Assembly (NCBI GenBank): GCA_029269845.2
Contig: CP149973.1
Span: 750,001 to 782,000 of the forward strand
DNA from: Opitutia bacterium KCR 482
GTDB taxonomy: Bacteria; Verrucomicrobiota; Verrucomicrobiia; Opitutales; Intestinicryptomonadaceae
Direction of reading: 5' to 3'
Length of the DNA stretch: 32,000 bases
In this document: positions 7,917-18,159 of the stretch, piece after piece
How the letters are laid out: every line of letters starts with the position of its first letter
How positions within the stretch are numbered: position 1 is the first letter of the stretch
Made by a program: the position numbers and the translations under genes
Notes under the pieces: generated by a model
Seen by the model: the letters and a program-made list of their open reading frames with translations, nothing else
What the model was told of the DNA's origin: nothing
The model's database searches: none

Positions 7917-9158
7917 ATGTTCGGATTTTTCAAAAGCAAAAAACAGAAACGGGCAAAAGACCTGCTCGGCACGGCGTACAAAGTCTACAACTACCGCTGC
8001 GACGTAGTGGCGGAGTCCGACGCAAAGTCGCTTGCGGCGTCGATAGAAAAGCTCGAAGGGCTTATCGACGACGGCAAGGTGGGCACGGAGGAGTACGAAA
8101 AATGCGCCGACGCGCTCGAAAAGCTCATGCGCAAATGCGGCGGCACAATCTACCCGCTCTCCTCGTGGGCCGACTACACCGACATGATTGTTGTTGCGGG
8201 GATTCTCGCAATAGGTATCCGCAGCTTCTTTTTGCAGCCCTTCAAAATTCCGACAAACTCAATGTACCCGTCGTTCTACGGAATGACGAGCGTGGTCTAC
8301 AACGGCAACGACGCAACTCCCCCGCCGAACCTCCCCGAAAAAATCTGGCGCTTTGCGGCTATCGCCGCCGACAACTACTCGCTCACAGCCCCCGAAAGCG
8401 GCGAGCTGTTTGTGGAAGTCAACGCGCCGTCGGGCATGCGCGGGCGCGGAGTGTTTGCATCGGAGGTGCGCCCCGTTAAAAAGTACTTTGTGTGGCCGAC
8501 GTACGAGCGATTCTACACGTTTTTCGTAAACGGCAAAAAAACCGAACTCGCCCTGCCCGCAGACTTCCAGCTCGACGAAGTGATGTCGAAGGCGTTCGAC
8601 CTCGAAAAGGCGTCAATCGTCAACAGAAACGGGACGTGGCTTATGAGCCTCGGTAAAGTCGAAAAGGGCGAAAAATACCTGAACTTCGACATTCTCGGCG
8701 GCGACATGCTCTTTGTGGACAGGTTCACATACAATTTCAAAAAGCCGAAAATCGGAGACCCAATCGTATTCCGCACAAAATACTGCGAGGGCATGACGCA
8801 AATGAACGGCGGCGTTCCAGACGACAAATACTACATCAAAAGGCTCGTAGGCCAGGGCGGCGACACGCTCGCGGTTGAGGGCGACACGCTTTTCAGGAAC
8901 GGAAAGCCAATCGAAGGCTCGCCCGCGTTCGAGGCAAACGCGAAAAAATCGGGGCTTTACTGCGGCTACAAAAAAGAGGGCGTCTTCCGCGACGGAGGAA
9001 ACGCGAAAATCTCGCCCAAGCACTACTTCGCAATGGGCGACAACTCCGCAAACAGCCTCGACAGCCGCTACTGGGGCGAAGTCCCCGAAAAGGCGATTGT
9101 GGGGAAGTCGCTGATTATATTCTACCCGTTCACGTCGCGCTGGGGGGCTACAAAATAG
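7917..9158 (+). CDS. lepB: Signal peptidase I
   Basis: Has IPTNSMYPSF (Ser box), YIKRLVGQGGD (Lys box) and GDNSANSLDSRYWG, in the classic lepA-lepB order. The track ORF starts at a GTG (7899). The ATG at 7917 follows GAAAGGA and is preferred. Confidence 0.9.
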   Translation: MFGFFKSKKQKRAKDLLGTAYKVYNYRCDVVAESDAKSLAASIEKLEGLIDDGKVGTEEYEKCADALEKLMRKCGGTIYPLSSWADYTDMIVVAGILAIGIRSFFLQPFKIPTNSMYPSFYGMTSVVYNGNDATPPPNLPEKIWRFAAIAADNYSLTAPESGELFVEVNAPSGMRGRGVFASEVRPVKKYFVWPTYERFYTFFVNGKKTELALPADFQLDEVMSKAFDLEKASIVNRNGTWLMSLGKVEKGEKYLNFDILGGDMLFVDRFTYNFKKPKIGDPIVFRTKYCEGMTQMNGGVPDDKYYIKRLVGQGGDTLAVEGDTLFRNGKPIEGSPAFEANAKKSGLYCGYKKEGVFRDGGNAKISPKHYFAMGDNSANSLDSRYWGEVPEKAIVGKSLIIFYPFTSRWGATK

Positions 9159-9205
9159 GCTTGGCACGGACGAACTTTCCCGCTAAGCTCGCGCCCTGAT
9201 TTTTT

Positions 9206-9538
9206 ATGTTGAAACTCGCGCACAGTCTTTCGATTGCATTCGGCTTCATGGTCGCATGCGTGCAGAGCGTGTGCGGAATCGACGCGCCGTACCTCCCGCA
9301 TTCGGACGGCGGAGCGAACGCGCATGTGGTCAAAACAGTCTCGTGGGCGTCGGCGCGGCACATGGAGGCGTCGGACATTCTCGCGTATGTGGCGATTCTT
9401 GCGGTCGCCCGCGAAAACGGCGCGTCGGCGTTCGGAATGCCCGCGCAAGGCGCGGCGACAGCGGAGGGAGACTTTTCGGCGGGGAATCCCGTTTTTTCGT
9501 CAAAGGCAAACGCGATACGCGCGCCGTCGGCGGCGTAG
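9206..9538 (+). CDS. Hypothetical small protein with a hydrophobic N-terminus (possibly exported)
   Basis: ATG start, MLKLAHSLSIAFGFMVACVQSVCG..., third-position GC bias like its neighbours, and GC hairpins downstream (about 9560-9600). I recognise no family. Confidence 0.35.
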   Translation: MLKLAHSLSIAFGFMVACVQSVCGIDAPYLPHSDGGANAHVVKTVSWASARHMEASDILAYVAILAVARENGASAFGMPAQGAATAEGDFSAGNPVFSSKANAIRAPSAA

Positions 9539-9640
9539 TTTCAAAATCCGTTTTTCGAAGTTCCGCGCCGCGGTCGGCGCGGGGAACAAACGGCGCAACG
9601 ACGCGCCGCAACGCTTATTTTTTTCAATTTTTAAAACATC

Positions 9641-12600
9641 ATGCTGGCAAATATAATCAAACTTTTCGCGGGCAGCCACTACAAGAAATTCTACAAGAAG
9701 ACTCGCCCGATTATCGCAAAAATCAACGCGCTCGAAGAGCAGTACCAAAAGCTCACCGACGAACAGCTCCGCGCAAAGACGGACGAGTTCAAACAACGCT
9801 ACGCAAACGGCGAATCGCTCGACTCGCTTTTGCCCGAAGCCTTCGCGACGGTAAAGAACGCCGCCCGCAGGCTCTGCGGCAAAAAGGTGGAAGTCTGCGG
9901 ACACGAAATCGAATGGCAAATGGTGCACTACGACGTGCAGCTAATCGGCGGCATTGCCCTCCACAAAAACATGATTGCCGAAATGGCGACCGGCGAAGGC
10001 AAAACGCTTGTGGCTACCCTCCCGCTCTACCTCAACGCGCTCACGGGCAAGGGCTGCCACTTGGTGACGGTCAACGAATACCTCGCCAAGCGCGACTCGG
10101 AATGGATGGGCTACCTCTACAATTTCCTCGGCATAAGCGTGTCGTGGATTTATAACATGCAGGACATGGAGGAAAAGGCGCGGGCGTACAAGGCCGACAT
10201 CACCTACGGCACGGCAAGCGAATTCGGCTTCGACTACCTGCGCGACAACGGCATGGCGTCGAGCAAAGAGGCGCAGGTGCAGCGTCCGCACTACTTCTGC
10301 ATCGTCGACGAAGTCGACTCTATCCTCATCGACGAAGCCCGCACGCCGCTCATCATTTCCGGCCCGATTCAGGAAGACCACGAGCCGCCGTTCAACGAGC
10401 TTAAACCCGCAATCGAGGGCGTCGTAAAGCTGCAAGTCGCGCTCTGCAACAAGCTCATAAACGAAGTCCGCGCGGCGGCGGAAAAAGGCGGCGAAATAGA
10501 CGAAGCCACAATCATCAAAATGTGGCAGGTCAAAATGGGCGCGCCCAAGAACCGCATTCTGCGCCAGCTCATGGAAAACGGCGACCTCCGCAAAAAGCTC
10601 GACAAAATCGACATGGAAATGGCGTCCGACCTGCGCAAGTTCGACCGCTTCAAGTACAAGGAAGAGCTGTACTACACAATCGACGAAAAGCAGCATACGA
10701 GCGACCTCACCGAACGCGGCAGAAACGCCGTCGCGCCGCAGAACCCCGACGCGTTCGTCCTGCCCGACCTCCCCACGATTTTCGTGAACATAGACTCCGA
10801 CAAATCGCTCGACCCGCAGAAGCGTCAGGAACTGAAAATGAAGGCCGAAGACGACTTCATCAAGCTTTCCGAATACATACACTGCATCAGCCAGCTGCTC
10901 CGCGCGTACTCGATTTACGAAAAGGACATCGAATACGTCGTGCAAGACGGCAAGGTGCACATCGTAGACCCCAACACGGGGCGCATTATGTACGGCCGCC
11001 GCTGGAGCGAGGGTCTGCACCAGGCGGTGGAGGCTAAGGAGGGCGTGGCAATCGAAAAGGAAACGAAAACGTACGCCACAATCACAATCCAAAACTACTT
11101 CCGCCTCTACGAAAAGCTCGCGGGCATGACGGGCACGGCGGAAACCGAAGCGCAGGAATTCCACGACATCTACGGGCTTAACGTAATGGCGATTCCCACG
11201 AACAAGCCCTGCCGCAGAATCGACAAAAACGACGTAATCTACAAAACGCGCCGCGAAAAATACAACGCCGCAATCGACGAAATTCAGGAGGCGCACAAGC
11301 GCGGCCAGCCCGTGCTCGTCGGCACGGCGTCGGTCGAGGCGAGCGAAGTTCTCAGCCGCATGCTCAAACGCCGCAACATAGAGCACACGGTTCTCAACGC
11401 AAAGCACCACCAGCAGGAGGCGGAAATCGTCGCAATGGCGGGCCAGCGCGGGGCGGTGACAATCGCCACAAACATGGCGGGACGCGGCACCGACATCAAG
11501 CTCGGCGAGGGCGTCAACGAGCTCGGCGGACTCTACGTTCTGGGCACGGAACGCCACGAGTCGCGCCGCATAGACAGACAGCTGCGCGGACGCTGCGCGC
11601 GCCAGGGCGACAACGGGCTTTCGAAATTCCTCGTGTCGCTTGAAGACGACCTGCTCAGAATCTTCGGCAGCGGCCCGCTGGCGAGAATCCTCCAAAAGAC
11701 ATTCCAAGAGGGTCAGCCGCTCGACCACCCCCTGCTCAACCGCTCGATTGAGCGCGCGCAGAAAACGGTCGAGGCGCAGAACTACTCGATGCGCAAACGC
11801 CTGCTCCAATACGACGACGTGCTCAACAAACAGCGCGAAATCGTCTACGGTCTCAGGAACGAAACGCTCTACTCGGACGACCCGCGCAAGCTCGTATTCG
11901 ACATCATCTGCGACGAGCTTGACGAGCGCGTTGCGACAATCTCGCCCAACGGTTCCGCGCCCGACTCCGCCGACTTGCAGGCGTTTTGCAGCTGGATTAC
12001 AAGCCGCTTCCCGATTGCGATTATCCCCGAACAGCTCGAAGGGAAATCGCCCGAAGACATCACGAAAACCGTCGTCGACGAAATCCGCGCGGTCTATAAA
12101 ATCCGCGAGGAAATCGAGAACCCCGAGGCTCTCAAAGCAATCGAACGCTTTGTGCTCATGCGCGCGCTCGACAAAAACTGGCAGGACCACCTCACCGAAA
12201 TGGAGGATTTGCGCCGCAGCATAGGACTGCGCGGATACGGGCAGAAAGACCCGCTCAACGAGTACAAAAGCGAGGCGTACAAATGCTTCGAAGCCCTCAT
12301 GGGCAGAATCCGCAACGACGTCTGCATGGGGATTTTCCGCAGCGCGTCGAGCATGGAAGTGCTCCAAACGCTCATCGACAGACTGCGCGAAAAGGTGGAC
12401 GCCTCCGCCGCGCAAGCCGAACAGCGGGCGGAAGCCGCCGCGCAGAACGCGCAGCAGCCCGCCCCCGAAGCGCGGCCGCAACCCGAAAAGCCCGCGCCGA
12501 AAAAGGAGGTCGAGCTGCCGAAAATCGAAGCACGCATAGAGCTGCCGAAAATCGGGCGCAACGACACCGTTACAATCGCCAAGGGCAGCGAGGTGCAGAC

Positions 12601-12670
12601 GATGAAATTCAAAAAGGCCGAACGCCTGATTCTCGAAGAGGGCTGGCGACTTCTGAAATGGGAAAAATAA
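9641..12670 (+). CDS. secA: Preprotein translocase ATPase SecA
   Basis: [12 protein letters not shown]..., [14 protein letters not shown] (Walker A), [22 protein letters not shown] (DEAD-like), [47 protein letters not shown]. Confidence 0.97.
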   Translation: MLANIIKLFAGSHYKKFYKKTRPIIAKINALEEQYQKLTDEQLRAKTDEFKQRYANGESLDSLLPEAFATVKNAARRLCGKKVEVCGHEIEWQMVHYDVQLIGGIALHKNMIAEMATGEGKTLVATLPLYLNALTGKGCHLVTVNEYLAKRDSEWMGYLYNFLGISVSWIYNMQDMEEKARAYKADITYGTASEFGFDYLRDNGMASSKEAQVQRPHYFCIVDEVDSILIDEARTPLIISGPIQEDHEPPFNELKPAIEGVVKLQVALCNKLINEVRAAAEKGGEIDEATIIKMWQVKMGAPKNRILRQLMENGDLRKKLDKIDMEMASDLRKFDRFKYKEELYYTIDEKQHTSDLTERGRNAVAPQNPDAFVLPDLPTIFVNIDSDKSLDPQKRQELKMKAEDDFIKLSEYIHCISQLLRAYSIYEKDIEYVVQDGKVHIVDPNTGRIMYGRRWSEGLHQAVEAKEGVAIEKETKTYATITIQNYFRLYEKLAGMTGTAETEAQEFHDIYGLNVMAIPTNKPCRRIDKNDVIYKTRREKYNAAIDEIQEAHKRGQPVLVGTASVEASEVLSRMLKRRNIEHTVLNAKHHQQEAEIVAMAGQRGAVTIATNMAGRGTDIKLGEGVNELGGLYVLGTERHESRRIDRQLRGRCARQGDNGLSKFLVSLEDDLLRIFGSGPLARILQKTFQEGQPLDHPLLNRSIERAQKTVEAQNYSMRKRLLQYDDVLNKQREIVYGLRNETLYSDDPRKLVFDIICDELDERVATISPNGSAPDSADLQAFCSWITSRFPIAIIPEQLEGKSPEDITKTVVDEIRAVYKIREEIENPEALKAIERFVLMRALDKNWQDHLTEMEDLRRSIGLRGYGQKDPLNEYKSEAYKCFEALMGRIRNDVCMGIFRSASSMEVLQTLIDRLREKVDASAAQAEQRAEAAAQNAQQPAPEARPQPEKPAPKKEVELPKIEARIELPKIGRNDTVTIAKGSEVQTMKFKKAERLILEEGWRLLKWEK

Positions 12671-14529
12671 AAAAATCTTCGGCAAATGCGGCGGCGGTCA
12701 TCGCCGTCGCATTTTCTTTCTGCATGTACGTTGCGGCGTTCGAGCCGTTCGGAGCGGCGGAGCTTGCGTACGTTTTCGCCGTTCCCGCAATACTCGCGTG
12801 CCGCTTCCTCTGCGGAAAAAACGAGGCGGCGCAAAGACGCGCCGCGCTCGAACGCGCGGGACTTGCCGACAAAACCGACCCGCGCGATTCCGAAGCGCAA
12901 AAGAAACGCGGCAAAAAAATCTGGCTCGTTTCCACATTCGCGGGTTCGTACGCGGCGTGGATTGCAATCCTCGTGTGGCTGCGCCACGTCTACCCGCCCG
13001 CGGGCTACGCAGCGGCAGTGTTGCTGCCGCTAATAATCGCGGGGCTTTTCGTTTTTCCGTGGTTTGCGCTTCTGCCGAAAATGCTGCCGTCGCTTGGGGA
13101 AAACCACGCGGCGCGGCTTGTCAAACTGGCGGGAGCGGCGTCGCTATGGGTCGCGCTCGAATGGGCGAGGTCGTGGATGTTTTCGGGCTTCCCGTGGAAT
13201 CTGCTGGCGCATTCGCAGTGGCTCAGACCAGCGTCGATTCAGTCGGCGGAATACGGCGGCGTCTGGATTGTGTCTTTTACGCTGATTTTCTTCAATCTTG
13301 CAATCGCCGAATACGTTTACAGGCTTTTCGAGTGGCAGAGGTGGAAGATGTCGAGCAACTTTGCGGGCAAAATTCCGTACTCGCGATTCTCTCCCGAATT
13401 CTACGCGGCGTTGGCTCTTGCGATGTCGGGCGTGTGGATTTACATTTCCAAAATGCCGCGCCCCGAAAACCGCGAAACCGCCTTCTGCGCGGGAATGGTG
13501 CAGACCGACTTCGCGGGAATTTTGAAGTGGGACGAAAAGCTCGCCGAAAGCAACCTCGCAATAATAGAACGCCTTACCGACGGGCTGAAACTCGCGCAGG
13601 CGGACGTCGCGCTCTGGCCCGAAGCGGCAACCCCGCCGCGCTGGCCCGTCGTCGGAACGCCCGCAATGCAAAAGTGGATTGAGCGGCTCTCCGCAAAAAA
13701 CGCAATGCCGATAATCATGGGCAACATGGCGTACGACTTCGCCGAAAAAACCGCGCAGGGCGGGGCTTTCGCGGTGTCGCCCAAAGACGGGCTTTACGAA
13801 AAATTCTACGCAAAGCGCAGGCTTGTGCCGTTCGGCGAATACGTGCCGTCGTGGTGCAAGTGGCTCGGCAAGGTTGTGCCGACGGGCGACATGAAAGCGG
13901 GCAGCGAACCCGTGCTTTTGGAGGCGGAAATACGCGGCAAAAAATACAAAGTGGGCGCGCTGATCTGCTACGAGGACATCTTCCCGAAGCTCGGGTGCGA
14001 AACCGCAAAGGCGGGCGCGGACATGCTTTTCGTCTGCACGAACGACTCGTGGTACGGGCGCGAAGGCGGAGCGTGGCAGCATGCGGCGCACTCGGCGTTT
14101 CAGGCGGTCTCTACGCGACTGCCGCTCATGAGGTCGTCGAACAACGGGCTGAGCGCGGTGTTCGACCAGTACGGAAACATGAGGCCGTCTTTCACGCTCA
14201 AAAACGCCGACGGCTCGACGTGGAACGCCGACACGCCCTCCCCCGCCCCCGCGCTTAAAATTGCCGACCCCTACGGAAACGCGCTCGAACCCGAGTCGCT
14301 TAAAATCAGACGCTCAAGCCCCCTGCTCGACTCCGACGGCAGCATATATTTCAGGGGCGCGGGCTTTGCCGACGTCGTATTCTACAAGAATTTCAGGGCG
14401 GGCGACACGTTCTATGTAAGACACGGAGACTGGTTTGTCGGGCTGTGTTTTGTTAACCTTGCATACTTGGCAACAAGAAGCCTGATACGCAAAATATCAA
14501 AACGCATGCGCCGCGCAAATGCTCAATAA
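12658..14529 (+). CDS. lnt: Apolipoprotein N-acyltransferase
   Basis: The ATG at 12658 overlaps the secA end by 13 nt. Multi-pass N-terminal domain, then a CN-hydrolase domain with [10 protein letters not shown] (Glu), [14 protein letters not shown] (Lys) and LICYEDIFP (Cys). The track ORF start (12283) is an R-rich over-extension inside secA. Confidence 0.9.
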   Translation: MGKIKKSSANAAAVIAVAFSFCMYVAAFEPFGAAELAYVFAVPAILACRFLCGKNEAAQRRAALERAGLADKTDPRDSEAQKKRGKKIWLVSTFAGSYAAWIAILVWLRHVYPPAGYAAAVLLPLIIAGLFVFPWFALLPKMLPSLGENHAARLVKLAGAASLWVALEWARSWMFSGFPWNLLAHSQWLRPASIQSAEYGGVWIVSFTLIFFNLAIAEYVYRLFEWQRWKMSSNFAGKIPYSRFSPEFYAALALAMSGVWIYISKMPRPENRETAFCAGMVQTDFAGILKWDEKLAESNLAIIERLTDGLKLAQADVALWPEAATPPRWPVVGTPAMQKWIERLSAKNAMPIIMGNMAYDFAEKTAQGGAFAVSPKDGLYEKFYAKRRLVPFGEYVPSWCKWLGKVVPTGDMKAGSEPVLLEAEIRGKKYKVGALICYEDIFPKLGCETAKAGADMLFVCTNDSWYGREGGAWQHAAHSAFQAVSTRLPLMRSSNNGLSAVFDQYGNMRPSFTLKNADGSTWNADTPSPAPALKIADPYGNALEPESLKIRRSSPLLDSDGSIYFRGAGFADVVFYKNFRAGDTFYVRHGDWFVGLCFVNLAYLATRSLIRKISKRMRRANAQ

Positions 14530-14550
14530 TACTGCGCAATGCAAAAAAAC

Positions 14551-14580
14551 AAAAAGCCGCAAAATGCGGCTTTTTTTGTT
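14551..14580. terminator. Bidirectional intrinsic terminator between convergent lnt and the M3 peptidase gene
   Basis: aaaaagccgc aaaat gcggcttttttt: a stem flanked by A-run and T-run. Confidence 0.75.
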
Positions 14581-14595
14581 TTTCTGAAATCCGCG

Positions 14596-16620
14596 CTAAA
14601 CGGAGCGGTTGACGAGCGCGGAAACGTCGGGGTCGCGCCCCATGAAGTTTCTGAACGCGGCGTCGGCGTCTATTGTGTTGCCCACGCGCAGGATTTTATC
14701 GGCAAACTCGCGCCCCGTTTCGGGGTTCAGCACGCCCTCGCGCTCGAAGCGCGTAAAGGCGTCGGCGTCGAGAACCTCTGCCCACTTGTAGGAGTAGTAT
14801 CCGGCGGCGTATCCGACGGGGTCTCCGAAAAGGTGGGTGAAGCGCGGAAGAATTGAGGGCACAGGCTCGGAGGTGTCGCGCGAATAGGCGGCGAGAGTAT
14901 CGCGGGCGGTCTGCTCTATGTCTGCGGAATCGAGATATTTTGCGGAGTTTATGTGCATGTCCAAGTCGATTTTCGCAAACGAAAGCTGGCGCATGGAGGC
15001 GGAAGCGCCCATGAATTTGCGCGACGCGTCGAATTTCGCAAAGAGTTCGTCGGGGATTTTTTCGCCCGTTTTCCAGTTCCGCGCGAAAATGTCGAGGCAG
15101 TTTTTGAAGTGCACCCAGTTTTCCATAATCTGCGACGGCAGCTCGACGAAGTCCCACGCGACGTCGCGCAAGCCGACCTCCTCGGAGTCCATGAGGAAGA
15201 AGTGCACAAGGTGCCCGAACTCGTGGAAAAGCGTCTCAACTTCGTCAACGGAAAGCAGGGGCGGCTCGCCGTCCGCGCCCTCGGTGATGTTTGCGGCAAT
15301 GACCCCGAGCGCGGGAGAGCTTGCGTCGCGCTGGGAAAGCAGATTCATCCACGCGCCGGCGCGTTTCTGCCTGTTCGGGAAAAAGTCGGCGTAGAAAATG
15401 CCGAGCGTCCTGCCGCCCGCGTCGCGGACTTCGTAGGTTTCGACGCCTTCGCGCCAGACGTCGGACTTCCCCGCGAATTTCGAAATTTTCAGCCCGTAAA
15501 GCGTCCCGCAAATTTCGAACATTCCCGACATCACCGATTCGAGCGGGAAGTAGGGGCGCATTTGTTCGGGGTCGAAGCCGTAGCGGGCCGCGCGGAGCTT
15601 TTCGGAAACGTAGGCAATGCGCCACGGCGGAAGCTTTTCGCCCGCGCCCAAAAGGCCGTTTTGGCGGGCGAAATCGACAAGTTCGCGCCACTCGGCGCGG
15701 AAGTGCTTTTCGAATTTTTCGGTAAGAGAGTCCACAAAACGCGCGGCTGTCGCGCCGTTTTTCGCCATTCTGCGTTCGAGGACTGAGTCGGCGAAATTCG
15801 CGCGGGAAAGGAGCGCGGCGTTCTCGGCGCGGAGCGACAGAATTTCGCGCATAAGCCCCCAGTTGGAGTGTTTGCCCGAAGCGGCGACGGCGGAAAATTC
15901 GCGCCACAGTTTTTCGCGGAGCGCGTCGCTGTCGGCGTAGGTCATGAACGGGACGTAGGACGGCTGTTCGAGGGTGAACGCCCAGCCCTCGAAGCCCTTT
16001 TCCGCCGCCTTTTTGCGGGCGACGGCGACGGCGGTTTTCGGCAGCCCCGCGAGGTCGGACTCGTTTTCGATTTTGAGGACGAACCGCTGGGTGTCGTCGA
16101 GGACGTTTTCGGAAAATTTCTGCGTCTTTACGGCAAGCTGCGAGTCTATTTCGCGCAGACGCGCCTTTTTGTCTGGCGGGAGCTTTGCTCCGCTCAATTC
16201 GAAGTCGAGGAGCGTCTCGGATAGCAGGCGTTTTTTGTCGCCCGAAAGGGATTTCGCTTCGGGAGTTTCGGCGAAGCGCGCGACTGCCGCGTACAGCTTT
16301 TCGTCCAAATCGACAGCCGAATAGAAGTCGGAAACAAGCGGCATGAGGTCGTTGAGGGCGGCGCGGAGTTCGGGGGTGTCGGCAACGCTTTGGAGGTGGT
16401 TGAGGTATGTCCACGCCCTGTCGAGCGAATCCGAAGCGCGGTCGAGGGCGCGGACGGTGGAGGCGTATGTCGGGGGTTCGGGGGCGTCGGCGGTTTTGCG
16501 CACGGCGTCCAAATTTTTCTCCGCCTCGGCGAGAGCCGCGCGAATGTCGGCTTCGGCGCGGTCGGGACTCATCGCGCTCCAGCGCGGGGGAATGCAGTCT
16601 TGTAAAAATCCGTCTTTCAT
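14596..16620 (-). CDS. M3-family zinc metallopeptidase (oligopeptidase A / peptidyl-dipeptidase Dcp-like)
   Basis: From the ATG at 16620: MKDGFLQDCIPPRW... Has HEFGHLVH (HExxH) and a downstream E in FVELPSQIMENW, with typical M3 length and order. The track ORF is over-extended to 16755. Confidence 0.9.
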   Translation of the reverse strand: MKDGFLQDCIPPRWSAMSPDRAEADIRAALAEAEKNLDAVRKTADAPEPPTYASTVRALDRASDSLDRAWTYLNHLQSVADTPELRAALNDLMPLVSDFYSAVDLDEKLYAAVARFAETPEAKSLSGDKKRLLSETLLDFELSGAKLPPDKKARLREIDSQLAVKTQKFSENVLDDTQRFVLKIENESDLAGLPKTAVAVARKKAAEKGFEGWAFTLEQPSYVPFMTYADSDALREKLWREFSAVAASGKHSNWGLMREILSLRAENAALLSRANFADSVLERRMAKNGATAARFVDSLTEKFEKHFRAEWRELVDFARQNGLLGAGEKLPPWRIAYVSEKLRAARYGFDPEQMRPYFPLESVMSGMFEICGTLYGLKISKFAGKSDVWREGVETYEVRDAGGRTLGIFYADFFPNRQKRAGAWMNLLSQRDASSPALGVIAANITEGADGEPPLLSVDEVETLFHEFGHLVHFFLMDSEEVGLRDVAWDFVELPSQIMENWVHFKNCLDIFARNWKTGEKIPDELFAKFDASRKFMGASASMRQLSFAKIDLDMHINSAKYLDSADIEQTARDTLAAYSRDTSEPVPSILPRFTHLFGDPVGYAAGYYSYKWAEVLDADAFTRFEREGVLNPETGREFADKILRVGNTIDADAAFRNFMGRDPDVSALVNRSV

Positions 16621-16744
16621 GAAAACATATTTTTGCCGACGCGCGGCAAAGGCAATATTTTTATCGGCAAAACTTGCGCGCCAATTCCGCTTTCCGATAA
16701 AAATAAAATTGATTCGCCCGAACTTGCATGAAAATATACAAGCC

Positions 16745-17728
16745 ATGAAAAGCATAGCCGCAATACACCGCTCCTACGGGAAGCCCAACGAAGTAGTCCG
16801 CGCCGAAACGGTAGACGTGCCCGAACCCAAAAAAGGTCAGGCGGTCGTCAAACTGCTGCGCGCGGTTGTAAACCCGTCCGACCTCGGAATGATAGGAGGC
16901 TCGTACGGAAGGCTGCGCCCGCTGCCTGCAATCGCGGGGCGCGAGGGCGTGGGCGAAGTCGTCGCGCTCGGCGGGGGAACGGAGTCTCCGAAAATAGGCT
17001 CGCGCGTGAAGCTGCCGCCCGAACCGGGGGCGTGGACGCAATACCAAGTCTGCGACGCCGCGGAACTCGTGCAGATTCCCGACGGGCTTCCGCTCGACAC
17101 ATGCGCGATGGCGTTCGTAAATCCGCCCACTGCGCTGTGCATTCTCGACAATTTCGAAAAGCTCGGCGAGGGCGACTGGTTCATACAAAACGGCGCGGGG
17201 AGCGCGCTCGGATATTTTGCGATACAAATGTGCAGGGCGCGGGGAATCAAAACCGTCAACATGCTGCGCAACGCGGCGGCAAAACGCGCCGACTTGGAGG
17301 CAATCGGCGCGGACATCGTGGTTGACGAAGCCGAATTTGACGCAAAGAAAATCAAGGAGCTTACCGGCGGCAAGCTGAAGCTCGGACTAAACCAAATCGG
17401 CGGAGCAAGCGTCTCGAACATGATTAAGGCGATGGGAGACTCGGCGACGGTCGTTACAATCGGCGGAATGGTCGGCGACCCCGTGCGCTTCCCCACCCGC
17501 TTCCTCATTTTCAACGACCTCACCCTGCGCGGCTTCTGGTGGGACAAATGGCAGCGCACGCATTCGAAAGCCGAAGTAGACGCCGTCTACGCAAAAATTT
17601 TCGGCATGATAAAGGACGGCACGCTCAAAGCCCCCGTAGACTCGGTCTTCAAAATCGCCGACATTCAAAACGCGCTCGCCCGCGCCATGGAAAATTCGCG
17701 GTCGGGCAAGGTAATGATAGAATTTTAA
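16745..17728 (+). CDS. MDR-superfamily NAD(P)H oxidoreductase, 2-enoyl thioester reductase (Etr1/MECR)-like
   Basis: From the ATG at 16745: MKSIAAIHRSYGKPNEVV...AVVNPSDLGMIGGSYGRLRPLPAIAGREGVGEVVALG...QNGAGSALG (Rossmann). The track ORF start (16343) is antisense-derived extension. Confidence 0.85.
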   Translation: MKSIAAIHRSYGKPNEVVRAETVDVPEPKKGQAVVKLLRAVVNPSDLGMIGGSYGRLRPLPAIAGREGVGEVVALGGGTESPKIGSRVKLPPEPGAWTQYQVCDAAELVQIPDGLPLDTCAMAFVNPPTALCILDNFEKLGEGDWFIQNGAGSALGYFAIQMCRARGIKTVNMLRNAAAKRADLEAIGADIVVDEAEFDAKKIKELTGGKLKLGLNQIGGASVSNMIKAMGDSATVVTIGGMVGDPVRFPTRFLIFNDLTLRGFWWDKWQRTHSKAEVDAVYAKIFGMIKDGTLKAPVDSVFKIADIQNALARAMENSRSGKVMIEF

Positions 17729-17729
17729 A

Positions 17730-18158
17730 ATGAAAAAAACGCAGAAAAAAGACCTCTCAAACCTGACGCTTCTGGGCGCGGCTCTCGGCGGAAAAAAGGC
17801 GAAGCCCTCCAAAAGGCTCGAAACATTCCCGAACAAGGCGAAAGGCCGCCCCTACACCGTCGAGCTTGAAACGAGCGAGTTCACATGCCTCTGCCCCGCC
17901 ACGGGACAGCCCGACTTTGCGACGATAAAAATCGCGTACGTTCCGAACGAGAAAATCGTCGAAAGCAAGTCGCTCAAACTCTACCTGTGGTCGTTCAGAA
18001 ACGAGGGCTGTTTCCACGAGCACCTCACGAACATAATCCTCGACGACTTGGTGGAAGCGCTCGACCCCGTTTGGTGCAGGGTCGTAGGCGAATTCAACGC
18101 CCGCGGCGGAATCGCAATCACGGTGAAAGCCGAGCACGGCAAAAAGCCAGAAGCGTAA
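17730..18158 (+). CDS. queF: NADPH-dependent 7-cyano-7-deazaguanine (preQ0) reductase, unimodular type
   Basis: Has FTCLCPATGQPDFATI (catalytic Cys) and VESKSLKLYLWSFRN (QueF motif), and is 142 aa. It starts 1 nt after the upstream stop. Confidence 0.9.
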   Translation: MKKTQKKDLSNLTLLGAALGGKKAKPSKRLETFPNKAKGRPYTVELETSEFTCLCPATGQPDFATIKIAYVPNEKIVESKSLKLYLWSFRNEGCFHEHLTNIILDDLVEALDPVWCRVVGEFNARGGIAITVKAEHGKKPEA

Positions 18159-18159
18159 A

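Noticed and set aside
9161-9185. Possible sigma-54 promoter, TTGGCACGGACGAACTTTCC, just after lepB (attractive because rpoN is in the window)
   Set aside because: The GG-N10-GC spacing fails, because the TT(T/G)C element is about 3 nt too far from TGGCAC. A second TGGCAC at about 1305 lies inside a coding region and also lacks a correctly spaced GC.
9941-12685. 914-aa minus-strand ORF
   Set aside because: It lies exactly antisense to secA, whose identity is unambiguous. Its composition is V/R/A/F-rich nonsense, typical of stop-poor antisense frames in GC3-rich genes.
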